Assembly (NCBI RefSeq): GCF_018350175.1
Contig: NC_058383.1
Span: 12,030,001-12,094,000, forward strand
DNA length: 64,000 nucleotides
From: Felis catus
Lineage: Eukaryota
Direction: 5' to 3'
Shown one piece after another: positions 11,001-22,974 of the stretch. Position 1 is the stretch's first letter. Every line of letters starts with the position of its first letter. The translations under genes were made by a program, and so were the position numbers. The notes under the pieces are model-generated. The model was not told the origin of the DNA, did not search any database, and saw only the letters and a program-made list of their open reading frames with translations.

Positions 11001-12674
11001 AAGTCATAAAGATGATCCCCAAAGAGCCACCTTTTGGTAAACAGTATCTCCTGGGATGAAACTATCTAAATTTGTGGTGCGCTAAGAGGACAAACGTCTC
11101 TCTCTTGTGCGGAATGGGGGTAAGATCCGAGGGGTCGTGGCAAGGGTCAGAGGAAAGGTGTGTCGAACACCAGCCCGGGACCTGGTATACAAATTCCATC
11201 CGGTGTGATCGCATTCTCACCGCCCCACCATCAGGGCACACACCTTGGCCCCCGTATTTCCGTCACAGCCTTGGAGACTTCGTGGCTCTGGACCGGGGTC
11301 CCTTCTCGGGCTGTCCCGTGGTTCAGTGAGCCCACAAGTGGCGCGGGAGGTAGCACCTGGAGAGCTATGTCCCCGGAGATCAGGTCTGGCCTCCTCCTGG
11401 TCTGGCCCAGATGCTTTACCTCTTCCGAACACTCTTTAAGCCTCCTCGCATCCCCGGGGCCCCGAGCGAACCCATCTCCGACAGGAGGAAGGCTCCTCAA
11501 GGCAGGTGATTCTGGAGACTGGAAGGGAGCTTTGACCCCGTGTGCTCTCCCCGCCGGGGACTGAAAGCAAACCTTTGCCGGGGTCAAAGCCCCCAGCAGC
11601 CAGGTGTACCCTCTGGGCCTTCAAGCGCGACTCCATCCGGGCTGCAAAGTGCAGAAGCCCGCGCGGGGCTTCTAGACCCTTCCGCCTATTCTGCTGCAAT
11701 CATTGTCTGAGTTAGCTAATGGCAGGGTACGGGGACCTCCTACTGAGATTCCATTACCTTGTAATTTTCAGCTTGTTCACTGTTGCAATAAAGCCCCTCT
11801 GTCTTATAATTCCCCAGCACTCACGTCTCATCTTCTCAAGAACTGAAGTATAGAAGATGCTTTCTGCTGGGGATTCATTGAGATAAGTTATTGAAGTCAA
11901 GCAGAGAGGCAGGCTTCCAGCACTCGGCCGTTCATCTCAAAATTTATGGTCGCGCTTCCTTTTCAAGGTCTAGGGTAATCACAAACAATGTGCTCCCTGC
12001 AGGTTTAAAAATTCATACGTTTCCTGTGCAACGAAGGCGGAGGGGCGAGGAACCCCCATCCCCCCGACACCCGCACCCACACTCGGGGGGCTCATGAGGA
12101 ATAGGAAGCTCGGAAGAGCTGACTCAGTTTTTGATGTGATTTCTACGGGCCTGGGATGCTAGAGTCACTCAAAGCCATTCGGCGGGGAGGAACCGTATCT
12201 GCACGTACTCAGTAGCCTGATGCGGAGCGTGGCCGTGTGTTTGATCTAGCGGATGGTCTTTCTGGAAAGTGGCCTCGGCCCTCTCCCCTTCCTCCCAAAT
12301 CTTGCTCGTTGGTCTCGGAGGTACGGCCCTCCTCTCCCCTCCCTGCAGCCTTAGCCGGCTCGCCTCGTGGGTCGCCCCGCCCACAGGTCCCCTTTCCTTT
12401 CCACCCAGCTCACCGCCACCTTTCTGATCCTCCTAGAACAGTGTTCTCCTGAGAGCTGGCCCCGTGAGGCCCTTCCAGGGGCCAAGGAGAGGAGCAAACT
12501 GAAAAGCCTTCAGGGTGGGATTTGAGGCCCAACTGTTTGCCTCCCCTTGAAATCCAGCAGCACAGGGAGTGGGAGCCGCCCGTGAGGGATCCCGGGGAGG
12601 CGTCCAGAAGGGATCGGAGTGACTCACGGGAGCCTGGAGTTGCTCCTTCTCCATCCCAGCCCTCCTCGGCTTCC

Positions 12675-12863
12675 CAGAGAGAGACAGAGACGGAGCATGA
12701 GCGGGGGAGGGGCAGAGAGAGAGGGAGACACAGAATCCGAAGCAGGCTCCGGGTTCCGAGCTGTCAGCACGGAGCCCGACACGGGGCTTGAACTCACGAG
12801 CGATGAGATCATGACTCGGTCCGAAGTCGGATGCTTAACCGACGGAGCCACCCCGGCGCCCCC
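12675..12863 (-). mobile_element. CAN-SINE lacking its poly-A tail
   Basis: Reverse SINE body ending GGCGCCCCC, with no T tract on its left side. Confidence 0.93.
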
Positions 12864-12864
12864 A

Positions 12865-13042
12865 GCGTCCGACTCTTGATTTCAACTCAGGTCATGTTCT
12901 CACGGTTCCAGGGTCAAGCCCCACATTAGGCTCTCGACTGACGGCTCAGAGCCTGCTTAGGATTCTTTCTCTCTGCCCCTCCCCTGTTTGCTTGCGCCCT
13001 CTCTCTCTCTCAAAATAAATAAATTCATAAACATTAAAAAAA
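12865..13042 (+). mobile_element. CAN-SINE, 5'-truncated
   Basis: Starts AGCGTCCGACTCTTGATTTC; CT tract and A tail follow. Confidence 0.9.
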
Positions 13043-13074
13043 TATTTCAAATCAAAGCACAGATTACTCTAACA

Positions 13075-13602
13075 CAGAATACATGAGGCTCCTTTCTGTT
13101 GACAGGTGGGATAAACGTCCCTCCGCTTTGAATCTACGAGGACTAGTGATTGCTTTGACTCATAACGTATGACAAAGGTGACCTGACGTGTCTTTGGATG
13201 CTCTTGACTTTCTCCTAGGACTCTGACTCCATGTAAGAAGCCTGACCGCCACGAGGCCACCACGTTGTAAGGGAACCCAAGTCACATAGAGAGGCCACCC
13301 GTAGGCCGTATGCTCTGGTTGATGGTCTCCACTGGGCCCAGCTTCCGAGTCATCCTACCCCAGGCACCAGCCTGATGAGTACAGAAGCTTCCAGATGACT
13401 CCGGTCCCCGACCTCTGCAGTCCCCCTCAGCCGTTGACAACTTCTCAGCTGCGGTCCTAGACCTCATGAAGGGGAGAAACAAGCCGTCCTCACCGTATCT
13501 GTCCAAATTCCCGCCCCACGGAATCTGTTAGCACAGTGGAAGGCTGTGATTTTGCGTCACTGCATTCGGGGTGGTCGCCTTCACAGCCGTGGTGCGTGGA
13601 AT
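13075..13602 (+). mobile_element. MLT1 (G/H-like) LTR
   Basis: CCATGTAAGAAGCCTGAC...GAGAGGCCAC...GAAGCTTCCAGATGACTCC...CCAAATTCC...TTCGGGGTGGTCG. Confidence 0.75.
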
Positions 13603-14760
13603 GGAGGGAGGGGGGTCCTCTACCCATATTCTGGGTGCCGTGGGCTCCGTTCAGCCCCTGAGTGAGAAATATCCAAATCCTCCAGAAATTCTGGCTTCAG
13701 CCTAGTTCTAGTCACCGACCAGGTACCCGGCAGCCAGTAAACAGGCCGTCTGGCGTGGGAGGAAAGACGAGGCTGAGACAAAGACTGTGTATGACCTCCC
13801 GTCTGAGAAAGAGTCCTTCTCCCTGCTCTAACTCTCTGGAAAATGACTCAGCTGTTGAGAATGACAGACAGGAAAGCCCTTCCAGAAACTACAGCCACAG
13901 GGAGGCCGGGGCCTCTTCTGCTTTCGGGGCGTGCCGGAAGCAGGGGTCTCTTATTTTGGAGGGGGCTGGGGAGGCTGCCCCCTCCCCGTGCATCACGCTC
14001 TCAGGACAGCGGAGGGGCTCTGGGCATACCTGCCGTCCTCAGAAGGGCACCTCGGCAGCACCCTCTGGCTGATCCCACGGCTTTGCCAGCTGGCTGCAGA
14101 GGAGAGACTGGAAAAGCCTTGTGAAACCACACAAAGCCGGCCTAAGGAGCGACAGAGTGGGTTACGGCTGCCTCTCTAGGCGGCTGTGCCTGATTGCCCG
14201 TGATCCCCACTCCGCCTGCTGCCACGGCCTGCTGGGCTGGAGACGTTCTTCCAGCACATTCCCTCTCCACCCTGCAGATTCCTCGGAAATTGCAAACATG
14301 CCTGTCTCTGGCCAGCCTGCCTGCGAAGGCCACTGCGGCGGCTGGGCAGGCTCCAACCGCTAGTTCACTCGCTCGCACACATGCAAACCTCAAACACTCG
14401 GGGTCGCGGCGGTCACCAGCTGCTACTTACGCGTGGCCGGACCCAGGCCGGGCCCGGTGCCGGGGCCGACAAGGCTTTGTCCCCCGCACAGCGGCCCGTC
14501 TCAGGCCTCCCCAGAGATTCTAATTTTGCTGATGGGCTGTGAAACCTTCTAAAAGCTCCCCGGTGGAGGGGATGTGCAGCTGGCTTGCGAACTGCGGCCA
14601 GGAGAAGTGGGGCTGGTATTTATTGAGCATCTATTGTATGCCAGGCCCGACCCACGATACGCTTTCTCGTGTCATCTATAAAAAAAGCTCTTCGGGAAGC
14701 ATTTCCTTTTGGAAGGAGTGAGGGCGGGCGCGTGTAAGGAAATTCAAAGCGATTTGCTCA

Positions 14761-15012
14761 GGGGCGCCTGGGTGGCTCCGTCGGTCGAGCGTCGGACTTC
14801 GGCTCAGGTCATGATCTCACAGTCCGTGGGTTCGAGCCCCGTGTCGGGCTCTATGCCGACAGCTCAGAGCCTGGAGCCTGCTTCGGATCCTGCGTCTCCC
14901 TCTCTCTCTGCACCCTTCCCCCCACCCCCCATGCTCTGTCTCTCTGAGTCTCTCAAAAGTAAATAATTGTTGCAAAGAAAACTAAAAACAAATAAATAAA
15001 AATAATAAAAAG
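14761..15012 (+). mobile_element. CAN-SINE
   Basis: Full head, body and extended A-rich tail. Confidence 0.95.
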
Positions 15013-15044
15013 AAGTAAACCAAAAGGGTGGCAGAAAGGAAAAA

Positions 15045-15740
15045 GGTCGACAATACCAAGTATTGGTGAAGAGGCAAAGCAAATGGGGCTTTCCTGCGTT
15101 GCCTGTGGGGATGCAAAATGGTACAGCCATTCTGGAAGCCATTGGGGCCATGTCTTTCAGAGTGAGACATATCCTTGCGATGCGACCCAGAATTCCATTC
15201 TTGGCTAGTTACCCCGACGAAATACAAACAGGTCCACTCAAAGATTTGTGCTTGAGCTGCTCACAGCAGCTTTGGAGCCAGAAATGAACCTAGGCATCCA
15301 TCGACAAGTGAACGAAGAAGCCAATTGTGCGGCGTCCATCGAGCCTAAAGCTATTCAGCCCCGGCGAAGAGCACAATACCCATGCACAGAAAGTGTGGAT
15401 GCATTTTGAAAACACATCTGGTGGAAAAGAGGGGGGGGGGGAAACACCCAGACACAAAAGAATATGAACTGAGTGTGCTGTGTGGATCAAGTTCTAGAGA
15501 AAGCAAACGCGTCTATGGTGACAGAAAGCAGATCAGCATGGGTCTGGGGTTGTGTGTGGACGAGGGGCGGCTGTCAGGGGCCACGAAGGTACTTCTGGGG
15601 TGACTGTGGCAATGTTCTCCATCCTGACGGTGGTGGTGGTTTCACAGGCCATGAACTTGCCAGAACTCACCAAACTGTAGGCTCAGTATGCGTGCATTTT
15701 GTCATTTGTAAGTCGTACCTCGATAAAGCTGAGAACAAAA
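15045..15740 (+). mobile_element. Old L1M 3' end (ORF2 end and 3' UTR)
   Basis: CAATACCAAGTATTGGTGAAGA...AAAATGGTACAGCCATTCTGGAA...GTACCTCGATAAAGCTG. Confidence 0.85.
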
Positions 15741-15904
15741 TACCGGGGCGGATGAGGCCAATATGGAATCCGGCACAAGTGGGTCTGATATGGAAGGTTC
15801 CAGTGCTGCCCTCAGAGGCATGTCATGTGGGGACAGCATCTCCCAGGGGGACAGCCCATTCACCGCTTTCTCTGGATGGGATCAGAAGTGTTGTTTAGGC
15901 TCAA

Positions 15905-16006
15905 GGCGCCCACTGGTTCAGTCAGGGGAGTGTGTGACTCTTGATCTCAGGGCTGTGGGTTCAAGCCCCATGATGGGTGTCGAGATTACTTAAAAATAGA
16001 AAAAAT
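15905..16006 (+). mobile_element. Short tRNA-derived CAN-SINE-like element
   Basis: GGTTCAGTCAGGGGAGTGTGTGACTCTTGATCTCAGGG...TTCAAGCCCC with A-rich end. Confidence 0.75.
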
Positions 16007-16008
16007 CT

Positions 16009-16192
16009 GGGGCGTCTGGGTGGCTCAGTCGGTTGAGCGTCTGACTTCGACCCAGGTCACGATCTCACAGTTCGTGAGCTCGAGCCCCGCGTCGGGCTCT
16101 GTGCTGACAGCTCAGAGCTGGGAGCCTGCTTCGGATTCTGTGTCTCCCTCTCTCTCTCTCTCTCAAAATAAATAAACATTAAAATTTTTTTA
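16009..16192 (+). mobile_element. CAN-SINE
   Basis: Head, body, CT tract and tail. Confidence 0.95.
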
Positions 16193-16221
16193 AATAAGAA
16201 AAACTTTAAAAAAAAAAAACA

Positions 16222-16665
16222 GCAAACAAGTGTCCATCCGTAGATGAATGGATAAAGAAGATGTGGGTTGTGTGTGCATGTGCGTATATGGAATACTATT
16301 CAGCCACATAAAAGAATGAAACCTTGCCATTTGCAACAACATGGCTGGATCTAGAAGCTTTTGTAACACTATGTGAACTAAGTCAGAGAAAGACAAATAC
16401 CATATGATCTCACTCATATGTGGGAATTCAGAAACAAAGCAAAAATGACCAAAGGAAAAAAGGAGACAAACTAAAATAAACAGACTCTTAAATACAAAGA
16501 ACAAACTGGTGGGTGGGGGGATGGGTGAAATAGATAAAAGGGGTCAAGAATACACTTACCTTGATGAGCACTGAGTAATCTATAGAATTGTTGAATCACT
16601 ACATTGTACCCCGGAACCTAATACCACACTGTATGTTCATTATACCCGAATTTTTTAAAAAAAAT
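16222..16665 (+). mobile_element. Carnivore L1 3' end
   Basis: CAAGTGTCCATCCGTAGATGAATGGATAAAGAAGATGTGG...GACAAATACCATATGATCTCACTCATATGTGG. Confidence 0.92.
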
Positions 16666-16667
16666 TA

Positions 16668-16858
16668 AATTTTAAAGTGTATTTATTTATTTTGAGCGAG
16701 AGAGAGAATGAGCAGGGGAGGGGCAGAGAGAGACAGAGAGCCTAGCAGGCTCTGTGCTGGTCAGCGCAGAGCCCGACGCGGGGCTCAAACTCACAAACTG
16801 CGAGATCGCGACCTGAGCCAAAGTCGGACGCTTAACCGACTGAGCCACCCAGGGGCTC
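16668..16858 (-). mobile_element. CAN-SINE
   Basis: Reverse SINE ending GAGCCACCCAGGGGCTCC. Confidence 0.93.
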
Positions 16859-17996
16859 CTAAAAAAAAAAAAAAAAAAAAGTGTTTTAAAGAAGAAACAG
16901 GGCTGGGCTCTGGGAGGGGGGTGGGGACAGCCTCTCAGTTGTGATGAGCAGTCTGATTTCTCCACAGGTCCTTAGGTCTCCTGGCAGAGATGTGTGTATC
17001 TGGGTTCTTAAAAGGCTTCCCGGAGATTCTGCCGTGTCCCCTCCCAGCTGGGCTCATTTCACACAGACATGCATTGCTTCCAGCATAGTCCTGGGTTTTG
17101 TCTCCGACCCCAGTAACGTTTGGGTCCGGAGAGCTTTCTGCGGCCAGCTTCAACACAGGTCCTGGCACTAAGCCAACCCTCACGCCGCGACCCAGGGTAC
17201 GAAAAGTGGCCTCTGTGGTCCAAGGCTGGTATGAAGCTTCGCGGCACAGCCTTCTTCCAGATAGAAGGGGTATTTCCCCCGGGGGAACCTGCCGGGACCG
17301 TGTCTCTGCCGTGTCTCTTTTTCCTTTTAAAAAAATAAAACCAAAATCACAAGTAGATTATTATAGCAAGCAAAGTCCCTTGCAATAGGAATCGTAGATC
17401 GTTGTACGTACAAGCAAGAAATTACGCGTGCTTAGAACCTTCGTCAGTTTCTGGGGGAATCAGATTAGCGGATGTGAAATTCGAGAGCCGGAGGACTGTT
17501 TCGGGTGGAAGCTCAAAGCTCAGGTTCATCAAGCTGTTTTCCGAAGAGTGGGTTTGGACGGTTCCTTAACTGTGCAGGGCTGTGTTTCGGCAAAGCGGCA
17601 GAAATCCCGTAGCAGCAGGCCAGGGACAGGGGTGCGAGCATCTTGGCCCTGAGGTCTTCCATCCTCCCCCACCTGTGACCTGGTACATCCTCATAAGCTC
17701 ACAAACTGTCCTCGGATCCCGCATCCCTAAGAGGGCTTTGCAAGCGGAACCACTCAGGAGGCTCGCAAGATCTAAGGAAAGGAGGAGGGAGAACAAAACA
17801 AAACAAAACACAGAATAGACAGACCTAACTTGCACCTAACAAGACCACTTTCGAAGGAACACGATTCAACCACCACCATCGCTCTTAGGGTGAAGACAGA
17901 CTCTTGTACCTGACCCTTAGAATCAATCGTTTGTGTCCTTATTTGATAAAGCTCCATCAGGGCAAGAAACTTCAATTGTTTCTTCTTCGCCTCTAG

Positions 17997-18036
<40 letters not shown>
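17997..18036. repeat. (CA)n microsatellite
   Basis: Direct reading. Confidence 0.98.
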
Positions 18037-18038
<2 letters not shown>

Positions 18039-20392
18039 TACTTTAAGGGAAAGGAAATGAATGAATGAATGACCATCCAGTGTCCTCATCCTGAAGATGA
18101 AGAAACCCAAGCCCAGTGGTGGTCAGTGTGTGATCTGGGGAACCCACCACAGGTTAGAGACAGAGCTAAGACCAGCACTGAGCATCATGCAACCCTCAGC
18201 CCGGACCTGTCTCTCTGGGTTGCTGCCACTCTTTCCAAATGAAATGATGACTTAGTTGGGAGGGGGGAGAAAAACAAACAAACAAACAAAAAATCCAAAA
18301 GACAGCCCGAAGGAAAAGTAGCATTTTCCACCCAATGGGTCCTTTTTTTGTGCTCAAAGAGAAAGGGCCGTGCCCAAAAGAAATCATGAAAAGAGGCAGG
18401 GGGATATTCCAAGCAAAGTACTCGATATGAATAATAATGAACAAAAACATCCCTGCTTATTGTTTATCTAATTTTGAATTTTAATGAACAGCAAGGGTGG
18501 TAATTACTCAATTCCTATGTTTATATAAAACCAACACATGAAACCTCACAGTTTGATATTTATGAAGTGTCAGGTTCCCTTAAATACTCAGCTTTGCAAT
18601 TAGAAGGGTCGCTATTCATTAACATTTTAAACTAGATAAATAAAGAAAGTGTTGTTATTTATTCATTAAAATTTTTTAAAATAACCTGTAAATTATCCAC
18701 TCATCTTTTGGGTATACCCATATCACTTAATTAACTAGAAATCAAAATGCTACTAAGAAGCATGTATCCCCACACGTAGAAATAGATGTAATACCTATTA
18801 GCAAATGGGATGATTTAATCAGGTTAACAATTCAGATTCACCTATGCCTGACGATTTGGAAAGAACACTGGTTTTATAGAGTCAGAGGGAGCTGGGTTTC
18901 TTTCAATCGCTTTTCTTCCGAGTGGCCTTTGGCTACTTGCCCCACCATTCTTGAGCCAATGCCTACATCCATAAGAAGGGATTATAATCTTACCTCATAG
19001 AAAGGGCACGGCAAAACCTTGGTTTGTGAGCATAATTCGTTCCAGAAGCATGCTTGCAATCCAAAGCACTCGAATATCAAAGCAAATTTCAGGAACCGTT
19101 GGCTCAGTGGTGATCGTGTGGCATTCGGCATCACGTACCGCTCATACTGGAAGACATCGCTCCTTTATGGAGTTAAAATTTGTTAGAAATATTTGCTCCC
19201 TCTTGCGGAAACGTTGCAGAACAAGTTACCCACAATCCAAGGTTTTACTGTACAGTGACTGGCTCAGGGTAGGTATCTTGGGAGTCACGAAGGGTAGAGC
19301 ATTGCGATGGAATGTTCTAGATGGGGCTCCCAGACCCAAAGAGATGGTCAGGACATAAAGAGTGGTCACCCGCAAGCTGGTGGTATTTGAGGATGCTAGA
19401 AAGCTCTCTGCTGGAGGGCTGCAGACCAGAGCTGGGCCGTGAAAGCGATCTCAGCACCAGGCAGGGACCACGTGTGGTGGGCTCATCACTATAATCCCAG
19501 GGTCTAGTACCCAGGATATAGTAAGTGTTCACGGATATTTACAACGGAACAACGGCATGACGACCCTCGCAACCACACCTCTGGATGCTTCCTGTGGTGT
19601 CCAGGCTATCTCTCTTTCACACAGCTCACTGCGTCCCCAACTCCCTCCATCCACCCCAGGGTATCACACCAGAGGAAGTCTGCCTAAGGGCCTTATCAGC
19701 AGGGGCCTTTCCTGGCCAGCTCCTTGCCCCAGGGTTCCCGGACTCCTCACCGCCCACCCTGCACCGGCTTTGTCTAATTTTCAGATGAGTTTGGGGGTTG
19801 ACGGGATCAGAGAGCGTGTCTTCGGTTGCCACTCGGCCCTTCCCAGGAAGCGCGGTCCTCTTGCCTCGTTACCCCGTGTGGGGAGGACCCAGAAGTCCAA
19901 TGTTTGCCACGCCCGTGCCAAGACGTGGGATGGGATGGCTTCGACCCCTGCCTTGCCTGCCGCCTCGCCACTTCCTTGCCCTCTGTCCAGCTCGGACGAT
20001 GATTTCGTCACCCCAAGTCTCTGCCAATGTCACGGCTCCTCCTCTGGAAGCTTCGGCTCCCTTTCCTTCTGGTCAACACTCACCACCGCGTGGCAGCGAC
20101 TGCCAACCAAATGTGGGGCTCCCCAGGAGTGGGAAGCGAGCGAGGGCACGTGGCCACCTTTCGGAAGAGCAACCTGGCAGAACCCAAGAACTCTGACAGG
20201 GGCTACTGTTTTCTATTGGCCAAGCAAAGTAGGCTGGATGCCTCACATCCTAAAGGCCTGTCTCCCCTGCTCTCTGGACAGAGGGTCTGAGTCAACGGAG
20301 GGCAGGTGGGGTACAGGTGTCTCAGCCCAGTTCAGGACATGAACCAATGGTTCCCGGAGTGGGACAATTGTAGGGGCCACTATATTAAGCAC

Positions 20393-20628
20393 ATCTTTGT
20401 TTGTTTTTTTTAAGTTTATGTATTTATTTTGAGGGAGGGAGAGAGAGAGAGAGAGAGAGCGCGCAAGCAGGGGAGGGCCAGAGAGAGAGGGAGAGAGAGA
20501 ATCCAAAGCTGGTTCTGCACTGACAGCGTGGAGCCCGATGTGGAGCTTGAACTCGTGAACCGTGAGATCGTGACCTGAGCTGAAACCAAGAGTTGGACAC
20601 TTAACCGACTGAATCACCCAGGCGCCCC
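20393..20628 (-). mobile_element. CAN-SINE
   Basis: TSD TATTAAGCAC at 20383-20392 and 20629-20638. Confidence 0.95.
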
Positions 20629-20886
20629 TATTAAGCACTCCTCTGTATTCTGACGGTTGGCATCTGGGGCCTTGCTGACCCCAAGGAGACTGCCCTTCTC
20701 GGGGGGAGCCAGTTCTTACAGATGGTAAATGACTGTCCTACGGGCCTGTCACGTGCACACCATCCAGTTCAGAGCCTACACCCCACCACCTCCCCTGTTG
20801 GGCTCTCGTCCTCCAGGCCAATAGTCGCCTGCCTTAATCACCCCCGGGGCAGGTACAAGGCAACTTAAAACAGTCCTTACACCCCA

Positions 20887-21104
20887 GGGACGCCTGGGTG
20901 CCTCAGTTGGTTAAGCATCCGACTTCGGATCAGGTCATGATCTCAGGGTTCATGAGTTGCGTCGGGCTCTGTGCTGACAGCTCAGAGCCTGGAGCCTGCT
21001 TTGGACTCTGGGTCTCCCTCTCTCTCTGCCCCTCACCCACTATCTCTCTCTCTCTCTCTCCCCCTCTCTGAAAAATAAACATTAATTAAAAAAAAAAAAA
21101 TAAA
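20887..21104 (+). mobile_element. CAN-SINE
   Basis: Full SINE flanked by CCTTA(C/T)ACCCCAG. Confidence 0.95.
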
Positions 21105-21380
21105 AGCCCTTATACCCCAGAGACTGCAGAAATTATCCCCACTAGCCAATCCTAAGCCTGCTGACCCTAACTCATATGTACCTTCCCATGGAAACCACCA
21201 TAAAAGCTCTTGCCTGTATCTCCCCGTGGCTCCCGACTGACCCTGGTGCTTCCCCATGTGGCCTGCATGGGATGGCATGTCCCCTCTTGGGAACTGTGAG
21301 AAACGAACAGTTTTCACTGGCAACTGTCTGCTGATGCGTCGGCTTCAACACACCTGAATGATAATAAAGCCTCCATTTTC

Positions 21381-21604
21381 TTTTTTTTTTTTTTTAATTT
21401 TTTTTAATGTTTATTTCTGAGACAGAGACAGAGCATGAGCGGGGGAGGGGCAGAGGGGGGAGGGGCTGGACACAGAATCCGAAGCAGGCTCCAGGCTCTG
21501 AGCTGTCAGCACAGAGCCCGACGCGGGGCTCGAACCCACGGACCGCGAGATCGTGACCTGAGCTGAAGCCGGACGCTCGACCGACCGAGCCACCCAGGCG
21601 CCCC
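21381..21604 (-). mobile_element. CAN-SINE
   Basis: 17-bp TSD ATAAAGCCTCCATTTTC at 21364-21380 and 21605-21621. Confidence 0.97.
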
Positions 21605-22044
21605 ATAAAGCCTCCATTTTCAAATGGCCACTTGTCCTCTGGTCCAAGCCCTGGACAATCTACTACGACCTTCTCTGAAAACTGTGACCTCTCAGAAACT
21701 GACAACCTGAGATAAATAGCGGGCTGAGGCATCAGATGCACCACAAGGAAAGAGAAAACACGTCTTGGGTGCGATCTCCCTCACGGCCACATGCTGAAGA
21801 AACCATCAGGCTACGGCATGGGGAAGAAATGAGAGGGATGTTATAGGATACTCGATGGCGCTAAGATGACCCCGTCTGGGCAGTTTCACGGTGGACCCAG
21901 GTTGTGGTTGTAGCAACCACAATCGGAAAGCCCCCCTGAGTGGAATAAAGACCCAGACCTGAGCTGGGGACAGCTGACAATCACTACGGAGCCCGCAGAA
22001 GCTTGTCAAATACGACCAGGTCGATTGCATGTTTGTAACAAAGA

Positions 22045-22427
22045 TGTTGCTCTGGGCTGAACGGTGTCCCCCTAAAATTCATAGGTGGGGGTCCTAATCT
22101 ACCCAGCACCCCAGAAGGTGACTGCATTGGGAGACAGGGTCCTTCAAGAGTTCAGTTCAAATGAGATCATTAGGATGTCTTCCAAGCCTATAGATTAGAT
22201 CCTATAGTCCTTAGAAGAAGAGGAAATGTGGATATAGACACTCACGGGGCAGGGGAAGTCAGCTGGCTACCTAGACATCAAGGAGAGAAGCCTTGGGGGA
22301 AACGGGAAACAACCCTGCTGACCTCTGAGCTCAGATTTCTAGCCTTGCGAGTAAATAGATGTCTTTTGTTTAAGTCACCCCGACATCTATGGTACTTTGT
22401 TATGGCAGCCCCAAGCCGACTGAGGCA
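22045..22427 (+). mobile_element. MLT1 (A/B-like) LTR
   Basis: GGGCTGAACGGTGTCCCCCTAAAATTCATA...GGTACTTTGTTATGGCAGCCC. Confidence 0.85.
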
Positions 22428-22974
22428 GTTGCCGTTCTCCGTTGCTTAGGCGTGCTTAGAGAAAGGGAAAGACGGGCTCTGTAGCGTGGCAGAATGTATT
22501 TGAGTTTGTTTTTAACCCCGACTGCCAATAGACTCGCTTCCAGCCCTACATTCACCCGGGGGTAGTGACAGGTGAAATCACCACATCAAAACACCGGCGT
22601 GAATAGTGGGTGTCTGAGCTCCAGCCCACGGAAACTCTTATCACTCCCAGTGCCCACATCCCTCGCTCACCCATCCTGCCATCCTCAAAGGTGCTTTTGA
22701 AATTTAGAAACGCTGACTCATCCATAAATTCAAAACTTGAATCGACTCTGTCGCGCGGTGGCTGTTAGATGATCAGGTTGAGCCATGAGAGCGAGCCAGA
22801 ACTCTGTAGGTACATGCAAATGAGGCTGTCAGACTTGCAGATCGTTGGGAGCTCTTTAAAAGAGTATCAGAGTAAGGAAAGGCTTCAACCCTCACCCTTT
22901 CTGAATACTGAAAAGTTATCAGGGAGAGAAACTCTGTAGACGTGTCTAGCAGGACCTGTACTATCCCTAAACAA

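Larger units (their letters stand above)
20381..21625 (+). mobile_element. MER74A-like ERVL solo LTR, split by three SINEs
   Basis: CATCTGGGGCCTTGCTGACCC...CTAGCCAATCCTAAGCCTGCT...GACCCTGGTGCTTCCCC...CTTGGGAACTGTGAG...ACCTGAATGATAATAAA follows the MER74A consensus as I recall it. Confidence 0.8.

Noticed and set aside
10110..11009. 299-aa ORF, the longest in the track
   Set aside because: Pro/Ala/Arg/Leu-rich with no recognisable domain. Long ORFs arise by chance in GC-rich DNA, and several overlapping frames are open too.
11529..11590. Possible pre-miRNA or hammerhead ribozyme
   Set aside because: Only a 12-bp continuous stem with a branched interior; the hammerhead CUGAnGA...GAAA core is not present.
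15905..15995. Possible tRNA gene
   Set aside because: Has A/B-box similarity but no cloverleaf acceptor stem and ends in an A-rich tail: a tRNA-derived SINE.
19557..20342. 261-aa ORF
   Set aside because: No recognisable family or splice structure; composition typical of non-coding GC-rich sequence.
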